Of a DNA stretch of 64,000 nucleotides, positions 44,223 through 55,400 are shown piece after piece (the stretch's first letter is position 1; each line of letters begins with the position of its first letter). The notes under the pieces were generated by a model. The model made no database searches. It had not been told where the DNA came from and was given only the letters and a program-made list of their open reading frames with translations. The stretch covers positions 864,001 through 928,000 of the forward strand of contig CM000432.1 in assembly GCA_000165345.1 (NCBI GenBank), given 5' to 3'. Made by a program: the position numbers and the translations under genes.

Positions 44223-44356
44223 AATTTCTCAAATACTTAATAGTAACTCCAGAATCTCTTATTCTTTATTTTATAAAGCTATTTTCAAGCCTTTAATTTT
44301 ATTTTTTATATTTATTATTTTTTTGTATCTTTATATTAATTTTTTAAATTATTGGC

Positions 44357-44370
44357 TTTGGGCGGGAAAG
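44357..44370. promoter_or_regulatory. TTTGGGCGGGAAAG E2F-like site in the divergent promoter between the V-ATPase e gene (-) and the BCNT gene (+).
   Basis: Close match to the TTTSGCGGGAAA E2F consensus. It lies about 135 bp from ATG 44222 and about 460 bp from ATG 44828. Confidence 0.45.
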
Positions 44371-44827
44371 TATTTCCATTTAATTACTATGTGACAAATA
44401 ATTACCCATATTATTAAGAGGGAAAGAAGGTAAGCTAAATGTTAATAGAGAAATTGGGAAAATAAAATAAAGTAATATTGGTTAGTGTTAAAAAATAAAA
44501 ATAATATCTATGAAAAAACAAATGTAATGTATAAGAACTAACGTTGTATAGTGGAATTTGATAAAGTTTGATATTTTTCCATTATATGTTGAGTAATGTC
44601 TTGAATAGTATTTTAGATGTAGAAGATTCAATTTCTAAGAAGAAGAAAATAAACTTTTCAATTTATTGTATAGCTAATTATATATTAATCTATTAGTTTA
44701 CAATATATATTCACATTTAATATTAGAAAATTTATTTTGGGATATTATATAATATATAGCGAAATTCAAAATATTTTGATAATTTTTAAAAAAAGACTAT
44801 TTCGAGGTTTATTGGTGTGTGTAAGGT

Positions 44828-45958
44828 ATGGCAACTATTAATAATGCAGTATTTTTGTCAGATGATGAAGAAGATGAATCCTTTCATGGATCTGATGCCT
44901 CTTCTATAATAGAAGGTGAGAGGTAAGTCTTTAATAAATTAGATGGATTTTTTTTTTAAATATATTTAATTTCTACCACTTTAATATTTATGAACATAAA
45001 AGTTCTGAAGAAGAGGTTTCTAGTTCAACAAATAGAAAATCGAAAAAATCATCTTTAAAAGATGTAATTAATGATCGAAAAGTAGAAAAGATATACAAAG
45101 AGTTATTGGAAGAATCTAAAAAGGAATTTCAAGAAAGAGTATCTACTGTAAGTAAAGACCATTTTATGTTGGAATTTCAAAAGAAGTGTTTTGATCCATT
45201 AAGAAAGAAAAATTCGAATTTACATGAATTAAGACATTATGTAGATCTTGGTGTAAGTTTACAATTCCTCAAAACTAATGGAGAAATTGTTTGGAAAGAA
45301 TTATCAGAGAATTCTCAGCATAACAAAATTAATATAAGTTATGAAGCAAAGAGATTATCACAATTCTTACTTACTTAATCTCCATTTGATAATCGATTTT
45401 CTATTCACTAATTTCTTAATCACCTTTTCTTATAAATAGATTTCCAAAGTATTTGAGAATCCAATAAACTTTGATATTTCAAAATTCAAAATTTCGAGCC
45501 GAAATCTGAGCAAAGAATCAGAGAAAGAAACACGTAGGATGATTGAGGAAGCTCTAGGAAGTTTAGAGGAAAAAGGAGTGCGATATATTGATAAGAAAGT
45601 TAAATATGCAGGTGAAACGTACACTATTAAAGAAAAAGTCGACCCGGAGACATTTTCAAGGAAAAAAGCACGAACATCTTCCACAGGAATGCAAGCTCTT
45701 GATGAAATTGTTGCTAATCTTAATAAGGAAATTAACATTAACTCAATACAAAAATCACACTCTGATTGGACTGAATTTAGACAGATGGCGGGCCTCGAAT
45801 CTCAGCTTGAGCGCCAAAGAAAACATGGCTATATTTCAAAGACGGCATTTCTGCAAAAAGCAGATTGGAAATTACATGAAAAAGAACTTGAGATTAAGAG
45901 AAGAAGCGGTGGTAATAACAATATTAGCAGTAGTAGCAATGCAAGCGGTAACTAAAAG
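44828..45958 (+). CDS. BCNT-C domain protein (CFDP1 / Swc5 homolog), three exons: join(44828..44922,45003..45252,45440..45958).
   Basis: Exon 1 encodes MATINNAVFLSDDEEDESFHGSDASSIIEGE and is followed by GTAAGT at 44923 (phase 2). An 80-nt intron ends in AG at 45002. Exon 2 encodes SSEEEVSSSTNRKSKK...RHYVDLG and is followed by an in-phase GTAAGT at 45253. An alternative in-phase GTAAGT exists at 45148. A 187-nt intron with a pyrimidine tract ends in AG at 45439, and the frame is continuous into exon 3. The C-terminus SHSDWTEFRQMAGLESQLERQRKHGYISKTAFLQKADWKLHEKELEIKRR matches the BCNT-C domain (human CFDP1 [50 protein letters not shown]). Confidence 0.6.
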
Positions 45959-46155
45959 ATAAAGGTGTTGATTTAAACTTCTCTTTCCCCTCTTTTCCAC
46001 TCCCACAGAACTGATCTCTTTTAAATTCAGTAATTAATCTGAAAAATATGAGAATTGTACTTATTAATGCTATAGAGTAGCAACAACTAATATATTATTC
46101 TAAACAAGTTATATTTTCTTAACTAGCTTTATAATTGGAAAAAAAAATGTGGATG

Positions 46156-46183
46156 TGCGCGCCTTTTATATTTGCATGCAAAT
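46156..46183. promoter_or_regulatory. GTGCGCGCCTTTT plus TTTGCATGCAAAT composite GC-box and G-box in the convergent 3' region between the BCNT gene and Mtq2. TTAGGCGGGAATAC lies at 46246-46259.
   Basis: Read directly in the sequence. These motifs are not restricted to 5' regions. Confidence 0.3.
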
Positions 46184-46345
46184 TTTTTCATTTAATACTT
46201 ATTTTCATGTTAATTTGATAATGATTTCAAAATATTGATTTTAATTAGGCGGGAATACTTATAAATAAATTATATATAGATTATTATTGTTAAAATGGAA
46301 TAAACATATAATGATAAATTCGGATATATCTTAGAATGATGATAT

Positions 46346-46357
46346 GGGGGGGGGGGG
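46346..46357. repeat. (G)12 homopolymer, C12 on the coding strand, immediately 3' of the Mtq2 stop codon.
   Basis: Read directly in the sequence. It is extremely unusual in this roughly 30%-GC sequence. Confidence 0.9.
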
Positions 46358-47122
46358 TTATTTTGGAGTTAACTTGAGAATGTACAGATGTTCTAGCTGA
46401 ACTTTTCGATCAATAATGAACTGAACATTCCAACCAGAATATCTTGGTTCTTTCAAAATTTGCTCAAGTGTGAACTTAGGACAGTTATTTTCTTCTAAAA
46501 GTAAATAACATACTCCTTTTGGAGCTAAAACATCTACCAAAGATGGAAAACTATTAAATTGATCTTCAATTCGAATAATTTCTTCTTCTTGAAATTGGTG
46601 GCTTGTTTCTGATAAAATCAGTCTATTGTCACCGAATAGAAAATAACTCACGAAAAATAGACCATTGACCCCACCAGACCATGCTGAATCAATACCACAA
46701 TTCAAAATTGACTGATTAAGCTCTTTATTTGAACTCGGTACATAAGGAGGGTTGAAAATAATTATTTCAAATAGCCCTCGATTCCTATTCAGACAAGTAA
46801 AAAGACTCATTTTTATTAATTCTATTGGACTGTTTATTTTATTGTTGGAAATCACTTTTTCCGACATTTCCAATGCTTTTGTATTTACATCTACCAAATA
46901 TGAAATAGGCAAAGAAAATTCTGCATCCGATTCTTTAATTATTTTCAATAAACATGCCGTCAAATATCCGCTTCCGCATCCTATTTCACAAATGAGTCTT
47001 GGTTTTGCTTTCAAAATCTCATTCTTTTCTAAAATTAATGCATCCTCCATCAAAAAAGAATCTTCTGAGGGTTCATAAACATTTTCCCAATCACTCTTCT
47101 TTGTGAATGATAGGTCTATCAT
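46358..47122 (-). CDS. eRF1 glutamine-N5 methyltransferase (Mtq2 / HemK2 / N6AMT1 homolog), 254 aa.
   Basis: ATG ORF. VYEPSEDSFLMEDAL and LICEIGCGSGYLTACL (SAM motif I). IIIFNPPYVPSS (NPPY substrate motif). IDSAWSGGVNG. The order and spacing match human N6AMT1 (VYEPAEDTFLLLDAL...VFNPPYV...IEAAWAGGRNG). Confidence 0.85.
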   Translation of the reverse strand: MIDLSFTKKSDWENVYEPSEDSFLMEDALILEKNEILKAKPRLICEIGCGSGYLTACLLKIIKESDAEFSLPISYLVDVNTKALEMSEKVISNNKINSPIELIKMSLFTCLNRNRGLFEIIIFNPPYVPSSNKELNQSILNCGIDSAWSGGVNGLFFVSYFLFGDNRLILSETSHQFQEEEIIRIEDQFNSFPSLVDVLAPKGVCYLLLEENNCPKFTLEQILKEPRYSGWNVQFIIDRKVQLEHLYILKLTPK

Positions 47123-47330
47123 TTCTAAAATTTTTAAATATTATCTCAACTTTTAATCAATTGTTGTACTTGTAACTTAATATATACTTTAAATAATTAC
47201 TTAATCTCTGAATTACTACTTTTTCCATGTAATTTCTGCCTACTCAGCTCTTTGTTATTATTCTACAAATTTGTACTATATTCTTATTTGCATTCTTAAT
47301 TTAAATGACAAATAATCACACTTTGCCAAA

Positions 47331-47349
47331 TTGCCGCCGGCGCCATCAG
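47331..47349. promoter_or_regulatory. TTGCCGCCGGCGCCATCAG GC-box, about 210 bp upstream of the Mtq2 ATG (47122, -).
   Basis: GCCGGCGCC core. The same 9-mer occurs at 50124-50140 and 53753-53764. A further GC island at 47708-47750 contains tandem palindromic TCCGGA hexamers. Confidence 0.35.
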
Positions 47350-48168
47350 ATTTTTATGCATAACAACCTAGTACCTGCGAGACTAAATGAAATATATATA
47401 CATATATTAATCTATTTAAAAAAATGTTTTAAGAAAATAAGAAGAAATTCATTTTCAAAATAATTAACAAATATTACAAATCTAATTTTGTTAAAAATCC
47501 TGACAATCTTTTCTCCTAATCTTTCGTGATCTCAACTTCTTTGGAAAAAAAAAGCAAAAAGAAACGTTTTTTTAACAGACAAGTTATTAATAACATAACA
47601 AACTTGTCTATACACTTTGATTCATTATCTATAATTAATACCTTCTTATTTCTACTATTAACTAATTATTCACACTACATCTTCCAAAAATTCCCGTCCT
47701 AATCTTATTTACCCCCCCGTTGTTTATTCCGGACTCCGGAGACAAGACGTAGGAGGCTATTGAATTTAATTAATGCCTTTAATAAATATAGTAGAAATAA
47801 GGTGGCGGTATTAATAAAGAAAATGAATAGTTAATAAATAGCAATATTATAGGTATAACGAATATAGAATATGAATCAATTAACAAATAAGTCATAATTG
47901 GATTTTAAGGGGAGTTTAAGGGAAATTAATTAATTAATATATATATTTATTTGTGTATATGTATAAATATTTAAGTACATTTTTATAGTTAAACCGACAC
48001 TGAACAAGTAAATAATAGATTATTGGAACAACTCTAATTATCTATTATTTGACAGGAATTGTCAGTAAAGATTCATTCAAATTAAGTTTTCTATTTGTTC
48101 TTATGTACTCGAGGCACTCAATAATTTATGAGAGTTTGATAAAAAAAATGTTCACTTTGCAAATTTAA

Positions 48169-50109
48169 ATGAGATTGAGAAACTGGTGTATCCTTTCAAT
48201 CTTCATACTTCTGATTAAATCGTTAGATAATATATGTTTTGCTTCTAATGGAGAATTTAATTCGTTAACTATAGCTTCATATACGCAGCAAAATCAACAA
48301 AGAATAGCAACATTAGCAACTTATAAAAAGAAGATCAATGATTCCAATAAAAGGATATTTAAGCTAAAAAAAATCATTTGTAGAATATTACAAGTACAAC
48401 AGGAAAATAATCAAACGGGATTTAATTCAAACTCTAAAGCTACAAGAATTTCAGATAGACATCAAGATGCCATTGTTACTACTAGTGGAAGTAATAATAA
48501 AAGTAGTACTTCCGATAATGATGAACTTGAAAAGAAACTTTCTGAAGTTGTTGTATCTTTATTAGACGAACAGGCTAAATTCGCAAACTTGATATTGAAA
48601 AGAATAATAATATTTTGGAATCCAAGTTTAAACTTTGGAGTTGATATCTCATCTAAAGGAGCATTAGAACGAGGATTTCTTGATATGCTTGGTTTAGGAG
48701 ACAAGCAAATTTGGAGTGGATCTAATTATGGTGGTAAACTTATAAGAGCTACAGACTCTGAGAATAGAATACAAGAGTCTCTATCAAAATTGATTAGTCT
48801 TACTGAATTATATAGATATCTAATGGTACATAACTATCTTCATATTATTGGTTCCATTTATAGACATACAAAAAATTTTGAAAGAACTGTCAGATCAAGA
48901 CTTAGGTTATTTAAAAAAATGAGAGATAGGCTGGTAAGCACAAGAGATTCTTTAGCTTTGATATTAAATACAGATTTACCAGATGACGTTAATTTACCAC
49001 ACCCTATTTCTCCTCCTTGTTATCTTAATATGGGAGAGAATTGTAATGAAGAAATGTATAATCAAATCTTGAATGAAATAGCTTTTTTCAAAACAGTTCA
49101 AGATGAGAATAGAGAGCTTTCAACTAGAATTCGTGATGGATCATGTGGAAACCATGAAGTTACAGGATGTACATTCTGTGAAATCAAGAAAGCAAGGATA
49201 TCTTTGATTGAATGGGCATTTAATGATATTCAATCAGATTTAACTAGACTAGAAAGGGATTTGAAGCTTTGCCAGGAAACAATTAAACGGAATAATGGAA
49301 ATGATTTATCCATTTCCAAATTTAATAGAGGCGGAGGAGGTTTTGAACCAAACTTGGATTATAACATTTCTGATTCTTCAGAAACTATGCTCGGATATGG
49401 ATCTAGCGAGCTAAGCAATGATCAAAATGAAACCAATTCATATGGTAATTTTTCAAGTGAATTTGGAAATAATGCAAGGCCAACAGGAAACATGAATAGA
49501 AGATCACGAACTTGCTCAAGCACGGAGATTAAAAGATATAAAAGAAGATCCTTTCATCATAAAACGTCAAAAAAGACTTCGAAGCGTAGATATCTTAAAT
49601 CAAGGAGGACAAAGACAATTAGGAAATCTAAAGATTGCGATGCTGATCCTTTTTTAGCGGATAACAATAATGATGGTGTATCAAATGTAAGTAGTTCCCA
49701 CAAAAATCAAATTCATTCCACAGATTCTAAAAATAGTAGCTCACCTTCAGGTTTTAAGAGTGATTATAATAACAGAAGAAGATCTATATCAGGAGGAGGC
49801 AAACAAACAACCGAAAATAATGATCTGGGTATATCTTCCCCCTTTCTTAGTACCTCTGAAACTAGTAGTCATTCTTCAGATTGCGAATATGAGTCAGAAA
49901 CAGACGCATCCTCACCTTTTAATGGTGAAACAAATTCTATTACGAATACACCCGAGATTCATAGCTCTGTAAGTCCGAAAAGTACCGTATCACCGGAAAC
50001 CAAAAGGGGCTACTCTTCAGCTCCAAATGATTCCATCCAATCGCTTAAAACTGAAGTTCCACAATCTCTCTCCAACACACAAAACAATAAAAGAAAAAAT
50101 AGGAGGTAA
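48169..50109 (+). CDS. Hypothetical secreted protein (646 aa).
   Basis: ATG ORF with signal peptide MRLRNWCILSIFILLIKSLDNICFA. It has a Cys-containing central region (SCGNHEVTGCTFCEIKK) and a basic, Ser-rich C-terminus. Confidence 0.65.
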   Translation: MRLRNWCILSIFILLIKSLDNICFASNGEFNSLTIASYTQQNQQRIATLATYKKKINDSNKRIFKLKKIICRILQVQQENNQTGFNSNSKATRISDRHQDAIVTTSGSNNKSSTSDNDELEKKLSEVVVSLLDEQAKFANLILKRIIIFWNPSLNFGVDISSKGALERGFLDMLGLGDKQIWSGSNYGGKLIRATDSENRIQESLSKLISLTELYRYLMVHNYLHIIGSIYRHTKNFERTVRSRLRLFKKMRDRLVSTRDSLALILNTDLPDDVNLPHPISPPCYLNMGENCNEEMYNQILNEIAFFKTVQDENRELSTRIRDGSCGNHEVTGCTFCEIKKARISLIEWAFNDIQSDLTRLERDLKLCQETIKRNNGNDLSISKFNRGGGGFEPNLDYNISDSSETMLGYGSSELSNDQNETNSYGNFSSEFGNNARPTGNMNRRSRTCSSTEIKRYKRRSFHHKTSKKTSKRRYLKSRRTKTIRKSKDCDADPFLADNNNDGVSNVSSSHKNQIHSTDSKNSSSPSGFKSDYNNRRRSISGGGKQTTENNDLGISSPFLSTSETSSHSSDCEYESETDASSPFNGETNSITNTPEIHSSVSPKSTVSPETKRGYSSAPNDSIQSLKTEVPQSLSNTQNNKRKNRR

Positions 50110-50118
50110 AGACCGACT

Positions 50119-50152
50119 GCAACGGCGCCGGCGCCGGCCAAGCCCCGCCAAC
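50119..50152. promoter_or_regulatory. GC-rich palindromic island GCAACGGCGCCGGCGCCGGCCAAGCCCCGCCAAC, 10 bp downstream of the stop at 50109.
   Basis: It contains GGCGCCGGCGCC, the same 12-mer found inside the eIF3c CDS at 53753. Its function is unknown (terminator-proximal element or distal promoter element for the SPCS1 gene). Confidence 0.25.
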
Positions 50153-50361
50153 TCTCTATGCATTTTGTTTAGCAGAATTTTATGAGTGAGAAATCCGAAA
50201 GAAAATTGTAATGTATGGAAAAGAAATAACTTTATAAACATCTTGTTATTTGATAGCCCACATTTATTGTAAGGAATTATGATTATTCATGCTATTGGAG
50301 CTAATTGTTAGACTTTGAGAGTTAATACACGATGGTTGTGCAGAGCTACTTTGCAGATGTG

Positions 50362-50384
50362 TATATATATATATATATATATAT
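50362..50384. repeat. (TA)n microsatellite, about 11 units.
   Basis: Read directly in the sequence. Confidence 0.9.
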
Positions 50385-50951
50385 GTATATTTTACTTCTC
50401 ACTAGAGGATGTTATTTTTTGGTAAATATTGCGAAATATTGAAGATATTAAGATAATGCATAAGAAGAGATAAGAGAGGGATGCATTTTCTTTTTATTTT
50501 CTAATTTGAGAGAAAAAGTTACTTAAATTTATTTTAGAGCTATAGTGTAAGATGTTTTGTAGTATATACTTATGGCATCTTCATTTTATGTTTATGGTTA
50601 CACATGCTGGTATTAGTGGCGGATTAATTTGAAGTTTTCTTAGATTTTTTTTTCTTCCGAATTCAAATAATCACGAGCTCTAATTCTTTTGCTAAATTCC
50701 AGCTAAGTTAGAAAGATGTTTCAGAGGCGTATATAGGGAGAAAAAAGTACTGAATGTGGGGAGTTCATACTGGGGGTAACAAAAAGTTTGGAATGTTTTA
50801 TAATATGGGTCTTTCCCGAATTATATATATTTAGTAATTCACTATCTTTTTACTTAAATCTACAAGGTGGGTTCAGGCTTTGAGGGAGGTATGAATTTGG
50901 ATACTGCATAGAAGAAGTAATATTTTTTGTTTTAATTTTCTTCCCGATCTT

Positions 50952-51378
50952 TCACTCTTGCTTATCAGCTTCACGCTTTTTCTTTTTTTCCTCTCTATTT
51001 TCAGAAGGGAGCCAGTTAACTTTGTTTCTGCAATACATTGGCCAGGAAGGAACACAAACCTGAAATTAAGAATTAAAAATGCAAAATTATTAATTCCCGC
51101 GACTTACTAGAAGAGTGATAGCCAGACCTAATAAAGTTGTCAGTACCGTATAATAGAACTTTTGGTGGTAAAATCCAATAATAAACGACATAATCCCTGT
51201 TAATATAACCAGTCGTTCTTGAATCTTATATGCTAGATCTTGTCCGGAAAAATCCTAATTTTTCAGTAAATGTAAGTGTTTTTAAGTTAAAGTGATCAAT
51301 AATTATTTCTTTTTCTTTTAAACTTACGTGAATATTTTCCTCTAAACAATTTTTGATGTGTAGTATTGTTCCTAACAT
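50952..51378 (-). CDS. Signal peptidase complex subunit 1 (SPCS1/SPC12 homolog), 101 aa, three exons: complement(join(50952..51059,51108..51254,51328..51378)).
   Basis: Exon 1 encodes MLGTILHIKNCLEENIH and is followed by GTAAGT. A 73-nt intron ends in AAAAATTAG. Exon 2 encodes DFSGQDLAYKIQERLVILTGIMSFIIGFYHQKFYYTVLTTLLGLAITLL and is followed by GTAAGT. A 48-nt intron ends in TTAATTTCAG. Exon 3 encodes VCVPSWPMYCRNKVNWLPSENREEKKKKREADKQE. All junctions are phase 0. The protein aligns with human SPCS1: [29 protein letters not shown]...LTLPPWPIYRRHPLKWLP. The track ORF 50873..51055 is the wrong frame of exon 3. Confidence 0.7.
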
Positions 51379-51894
51379 TGTATTTCTTTTAATCTTTTAC
51401 TTTTCTTCAGTTTGTAATATTTGCAGATTTTCAAGAAATAGGTGATATATCTTGAATATATATAAATATATATTTTGTAGTTAGAATAAGTTAAGTTTGA
51501 GTGTACTGTGTGTGGGAAACTGTTTATTTAATTTCTATATTTGAAATTCTTAAGAAGAAAAAAAACTTTAATTTGCTCCTGTAAAAGTTGGTATTATTAT
51601 TTGTTATTTTAGACTCAAAAGAATTTTTCCTATTCGGTACCTTGAGCGTGTAAATTGTATTCTTAAATCTTGTGTTTATTGAAATGAGTGAAGTAATTAA
51701 AAAAAATACTCTCTAATTTTTAATTAATGAGGTATTTTTAATTCTCGCACAGTTTGATTTTTTTTCATTTAGGTTTTTTATTTTTTTTTTACATATTAGG
51801 GTACCTAGTTTAATCTGCCCCCTTAAAACTTGTATACCGGCGAAATTATAATTTAAAAAAAAATGCCGGTATTAAAAATTATAATTGGAAGAGA

Positions 51895-51910
51895 AAGCCC
51901 GCCCAAATGC
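51895..51910. promoter_or_regulatory. AAAGCCCGCCCAAATGC GC-box in the divergent promoter between SPCS1 (-) and eIF3c (+). Short CCGG-containing elements lie at 51834-51847 and 51863-51873.
   Basis: Read directly in the sequence. Confidence 0.35.
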
Positions 51911-52441
51911 CAATTAGGGACAAATAATAAAATTAATTAGAGACGGAAAGTAATAAATGAAATAAAATAATTAGTAAACGGTATTGACATTAATTGAGAT
52001 GCCGGTTGAATGAAGGAAAATTGAGAAAAATTGAAAAAACTTTATTTTCTCTTTTTTTTTTCTATATATATATAAGAAGAAAAACAACAAAGAAAACGCA
52101 GAATAAAGTAGAGCCCTATAAGTGGGAGGTTCTGTGAGAAGTTTGTTGGGTGGAAAAGATCAAGAAAATAAAGAATAAGGTACTACTATTTGAGAGGTTA
52201 GAATAAAGGTTATTGGATAATAATATCTGATTCTTTGGGTTTCAAAGTAATAACTGATTAACTGGATAATACTAGTAAGATTCAGTAGAGCTTATAAAAG
52301 AATCAAAGTTTGATAAGTATAATAATATAAGAGATCATATTATAGGATACCTAAAGATTAATTATTTGATATCCCATTTAAGATTGAATACAATTATTTA
52401 TAGAATAGGAAGATTTGTGTACATATTAGGAAAAAGTAATC

Positions 52442-55400
52442 ATGCAGGGTAAATTTTGGGCAGAAGGCTCAGAGTCTTCTTCAATGGACTCCTCCAATAG
52501 TGAAAGTGAGAGCTCGTCAGACTCCGAGATGGAGATGCAGGCAGCTCGTCGTCGTCAAAGAGAGATGAATAATTCTAGATGGGCAATTGATTCCGACTCT
52601 GATAGCAGTGAAGACGACCGTAGAGTTGTACGAGGAGCTAAAGAGAAATTTCATGATGAATTGAGGATGATTATTAGAAGGGTTAATAACCATGTGAAGG
52701 TGTCTGATTTCAGCTCTCTAAGTGATGAATACGATAAATTATTAAAGTGTATGCAAAAATCTCAAAATGCTATTAAGAATTATGGAATTCCAAAGTTTTT
52801 CATTTCAGTTTTAGTTGAACTGGAAGCATTTCTTGATGAGAAATTTAGAGACAAGGAGGCTATTAAGAAACTTTCAAAGGCAAAGGCTACAAGTTTCAAT
52901 ACTTTAAGGGCTAAATTTAGGAAGTCAGTAGAAGAATATCGTGATCAAATGGATGATTGCAAGAATAATCCTCTTGCCTATCAGGATGATAATTTAAGTG
53001 ACGATGATTCAGATTCTAACTCGTATTCAGATTCAGATTCTGATTCTGATTCAGATTCTGATTCATCTAGCTCATCATCAGGTTCAGACTCAAGATCAGT
53101 ATCAGGATCTGACTCAGATGGTAATGGTAGCGGCTCAGACGAATCGTCATCAGACTCTGATTCATCATCATCTTCTTCTTCTTCAGAATGGTCATCTTAT
53201 GAAGATGAATATGAAGATCGTCACGCATCTGCATTAGCTAAATGGGGAACCAGAACAAAGAGTGTGAAAAAGAAGGAAAGTGGAAAGAAAGCTAATCGTC
53301 AAAAACAAGTTAAGAAAGACTTGCAAGATACTACAGTAAGTGGAGGAGCTAATAATAATATTCCTTCAGGAGATCTTTTGTCATTTGAAGGTGAAGTAAC
53401 TGTAGATATGATTGTGGAAAAAGTTGGTGAAATTGTTGCAGCTAGAGGAAAGAAAGGAACTGATAGACAAGAGCAGATTCGTCTGTTGAAAAAGGCTGCA
53501 GAAATCTCCAGACCACTTTCACTCCAGGCCTATGCAGATGTTCTTACCCACTTAATATCAGCTCAATTTGACACAATTACTGGAGCTTTCCATTGTATAA
53601 CATCTGGAATATGGTCAGAAATATGTGATAACATTAACATTTTACTGGATCTAGTCCTACTCAATAACAAAGACAAGAGAGTGTACATTTCAGGCTTCCA
53701 AAGCTTTATTTCATCCAAAGATAAAAAGAAAAAGGCTTCAGGTGACAGTTCTGGCGCCGGCGCCAATTCTGGAATGGATGCACATGGAAATAGCTTGGAT
53801 GGTGAAAATGCTAATACTGATGAAAACTCTTCTTTAGGTGATATTGTAGATCTAAAGGAGCAAGACAAAAGTACTGTTACTTTCCTTGTTTCATTTATTG
53901 AGAGACTTGATGGAGAGTCTCTCAAGGCACTTCAACTTACTGACGTGCACTCAAGTGAATACAAAGATAGACTTGTTCAGTCACTCCATCTTTTGGCGCT
54001 CTTATGGAGATGCTATAAGATCTGTGAAGAAAGAGGCTATTATGATCTTGTTTCCAGTCTCTCAGTACACTTAATCAATCAACTTCATTTTAAAAATGAT
54101 TCCCTTGCTATAAAAGTTTGGGAATTTGTCAGACAAATACTTGAAAAAACAGTCAATTCATCCCTCAGTTCTGAGGAATTGAGCGCCAACTCTGACTCAT
54201 CCAATACTGATTGTGCAGGAAAAATCCCTGATATACCGGTACCTAAGAAATTTAAACCAAGTGAGCTTATTACGGAATTGGTGGGGAATGTTTACAAATA
54301 TGGGGATTCTAAGGACAAACTGAGGGTTTTGATTCAGCATGTTTATAATATGGCACTTCATGATAATTATAATGAGGCAGTGACTTTATTCCAATCTATA
54401 GGAGTATATGACATGGCATTAGGATCTGATGTAAATATTCAGATCCTCTATAACAGGTCTTTAGTTCAGCTTGGTCTTTCTGCATTTAGACTTGGACAGA
54501 TTTCTGAAGCCCAGCAACTTCTAAGTGAAATTTGTATGCCAAATAGAAATAGAGAGTTGCTTGCTCAGGGTATGAGTAATATGAAATCACAAGAAAGAAC
54601 ACCAGAACAAGAGCGGGCTGAGAAGAGAAGACTTTTACCATATCATATGCATCTTTCACTTGAAGTTATTGATTGTATTTATCTTATTTGCTCTATGCTA
54701 CTGGAAGTACCTTATTTGGCTTATCACAAATCTTTAATTATGCAAAATGAAGCATCAAATAGCCATATTAAGTTAAGACCTATTTCTAAACAGTTTAGGA
54801 GATTATTAGAACAATATGAGCGCCAAGCTATTACTGGTCCTCCTGAGAGTCTTAGGGATACAATCATTGCTGCTACAAGATCTCTTCAACTTGGTAAATG
54901 GAGAGAATGCAGAGACTACGTATTTTCTCTATCTATTTGGGACTATAATCAAGAAGATTTACAACAAACACAAGAAAGATTGGAATTAAATATCAAACAA
55001 GAAGCACTCAGAACATATTTATTTACTTATGGACACCTTTACAGCTCATACTCGGTTAATAATCTAATTGAGATGTTCCAACTTCCTAGAGAAAAGATTC
55101 ATTCACTTCTTTCTAAGATGATGCTCAAGAATGAATTACAAGCCTTATGGGATCAAACCGGAGAGTTTGTTTTATTAAATCATAAGCAAGCAAGTAAGAT
55201 TCAAAATGATTCTTTAATTGTTGCTGATAAGCTCTTACAATTTGTTGATTGTAACGAATCTATGATTTCTTCTAAAGGCAATGCAAGTGGAGGTAAAAAT
55301 CCTAATGTTATTAATAATAGAAACTCTGCAGGAGTAGGAAATCCCAATAATCAAGGAGGAATTGGCCCAGGCTCTGTACAAGGAGGCGGACCAAATAATA

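Noticed and set aside
45588-45962. 124-aa ORF overlapping the last BCNT exon in another frame.
   Set aside because: It is a Lys/Arg-rich alternative-frame translation. The BCNT-C homology unambiguously identifies the other frame.
50873-51055. Track ORF of 60 aa on the minus strand.
   Set aside because: It is the +1 frame of SPCS1 exon 3 (GTG start). The homologous frame is the one that splices to exons 2 and 1.
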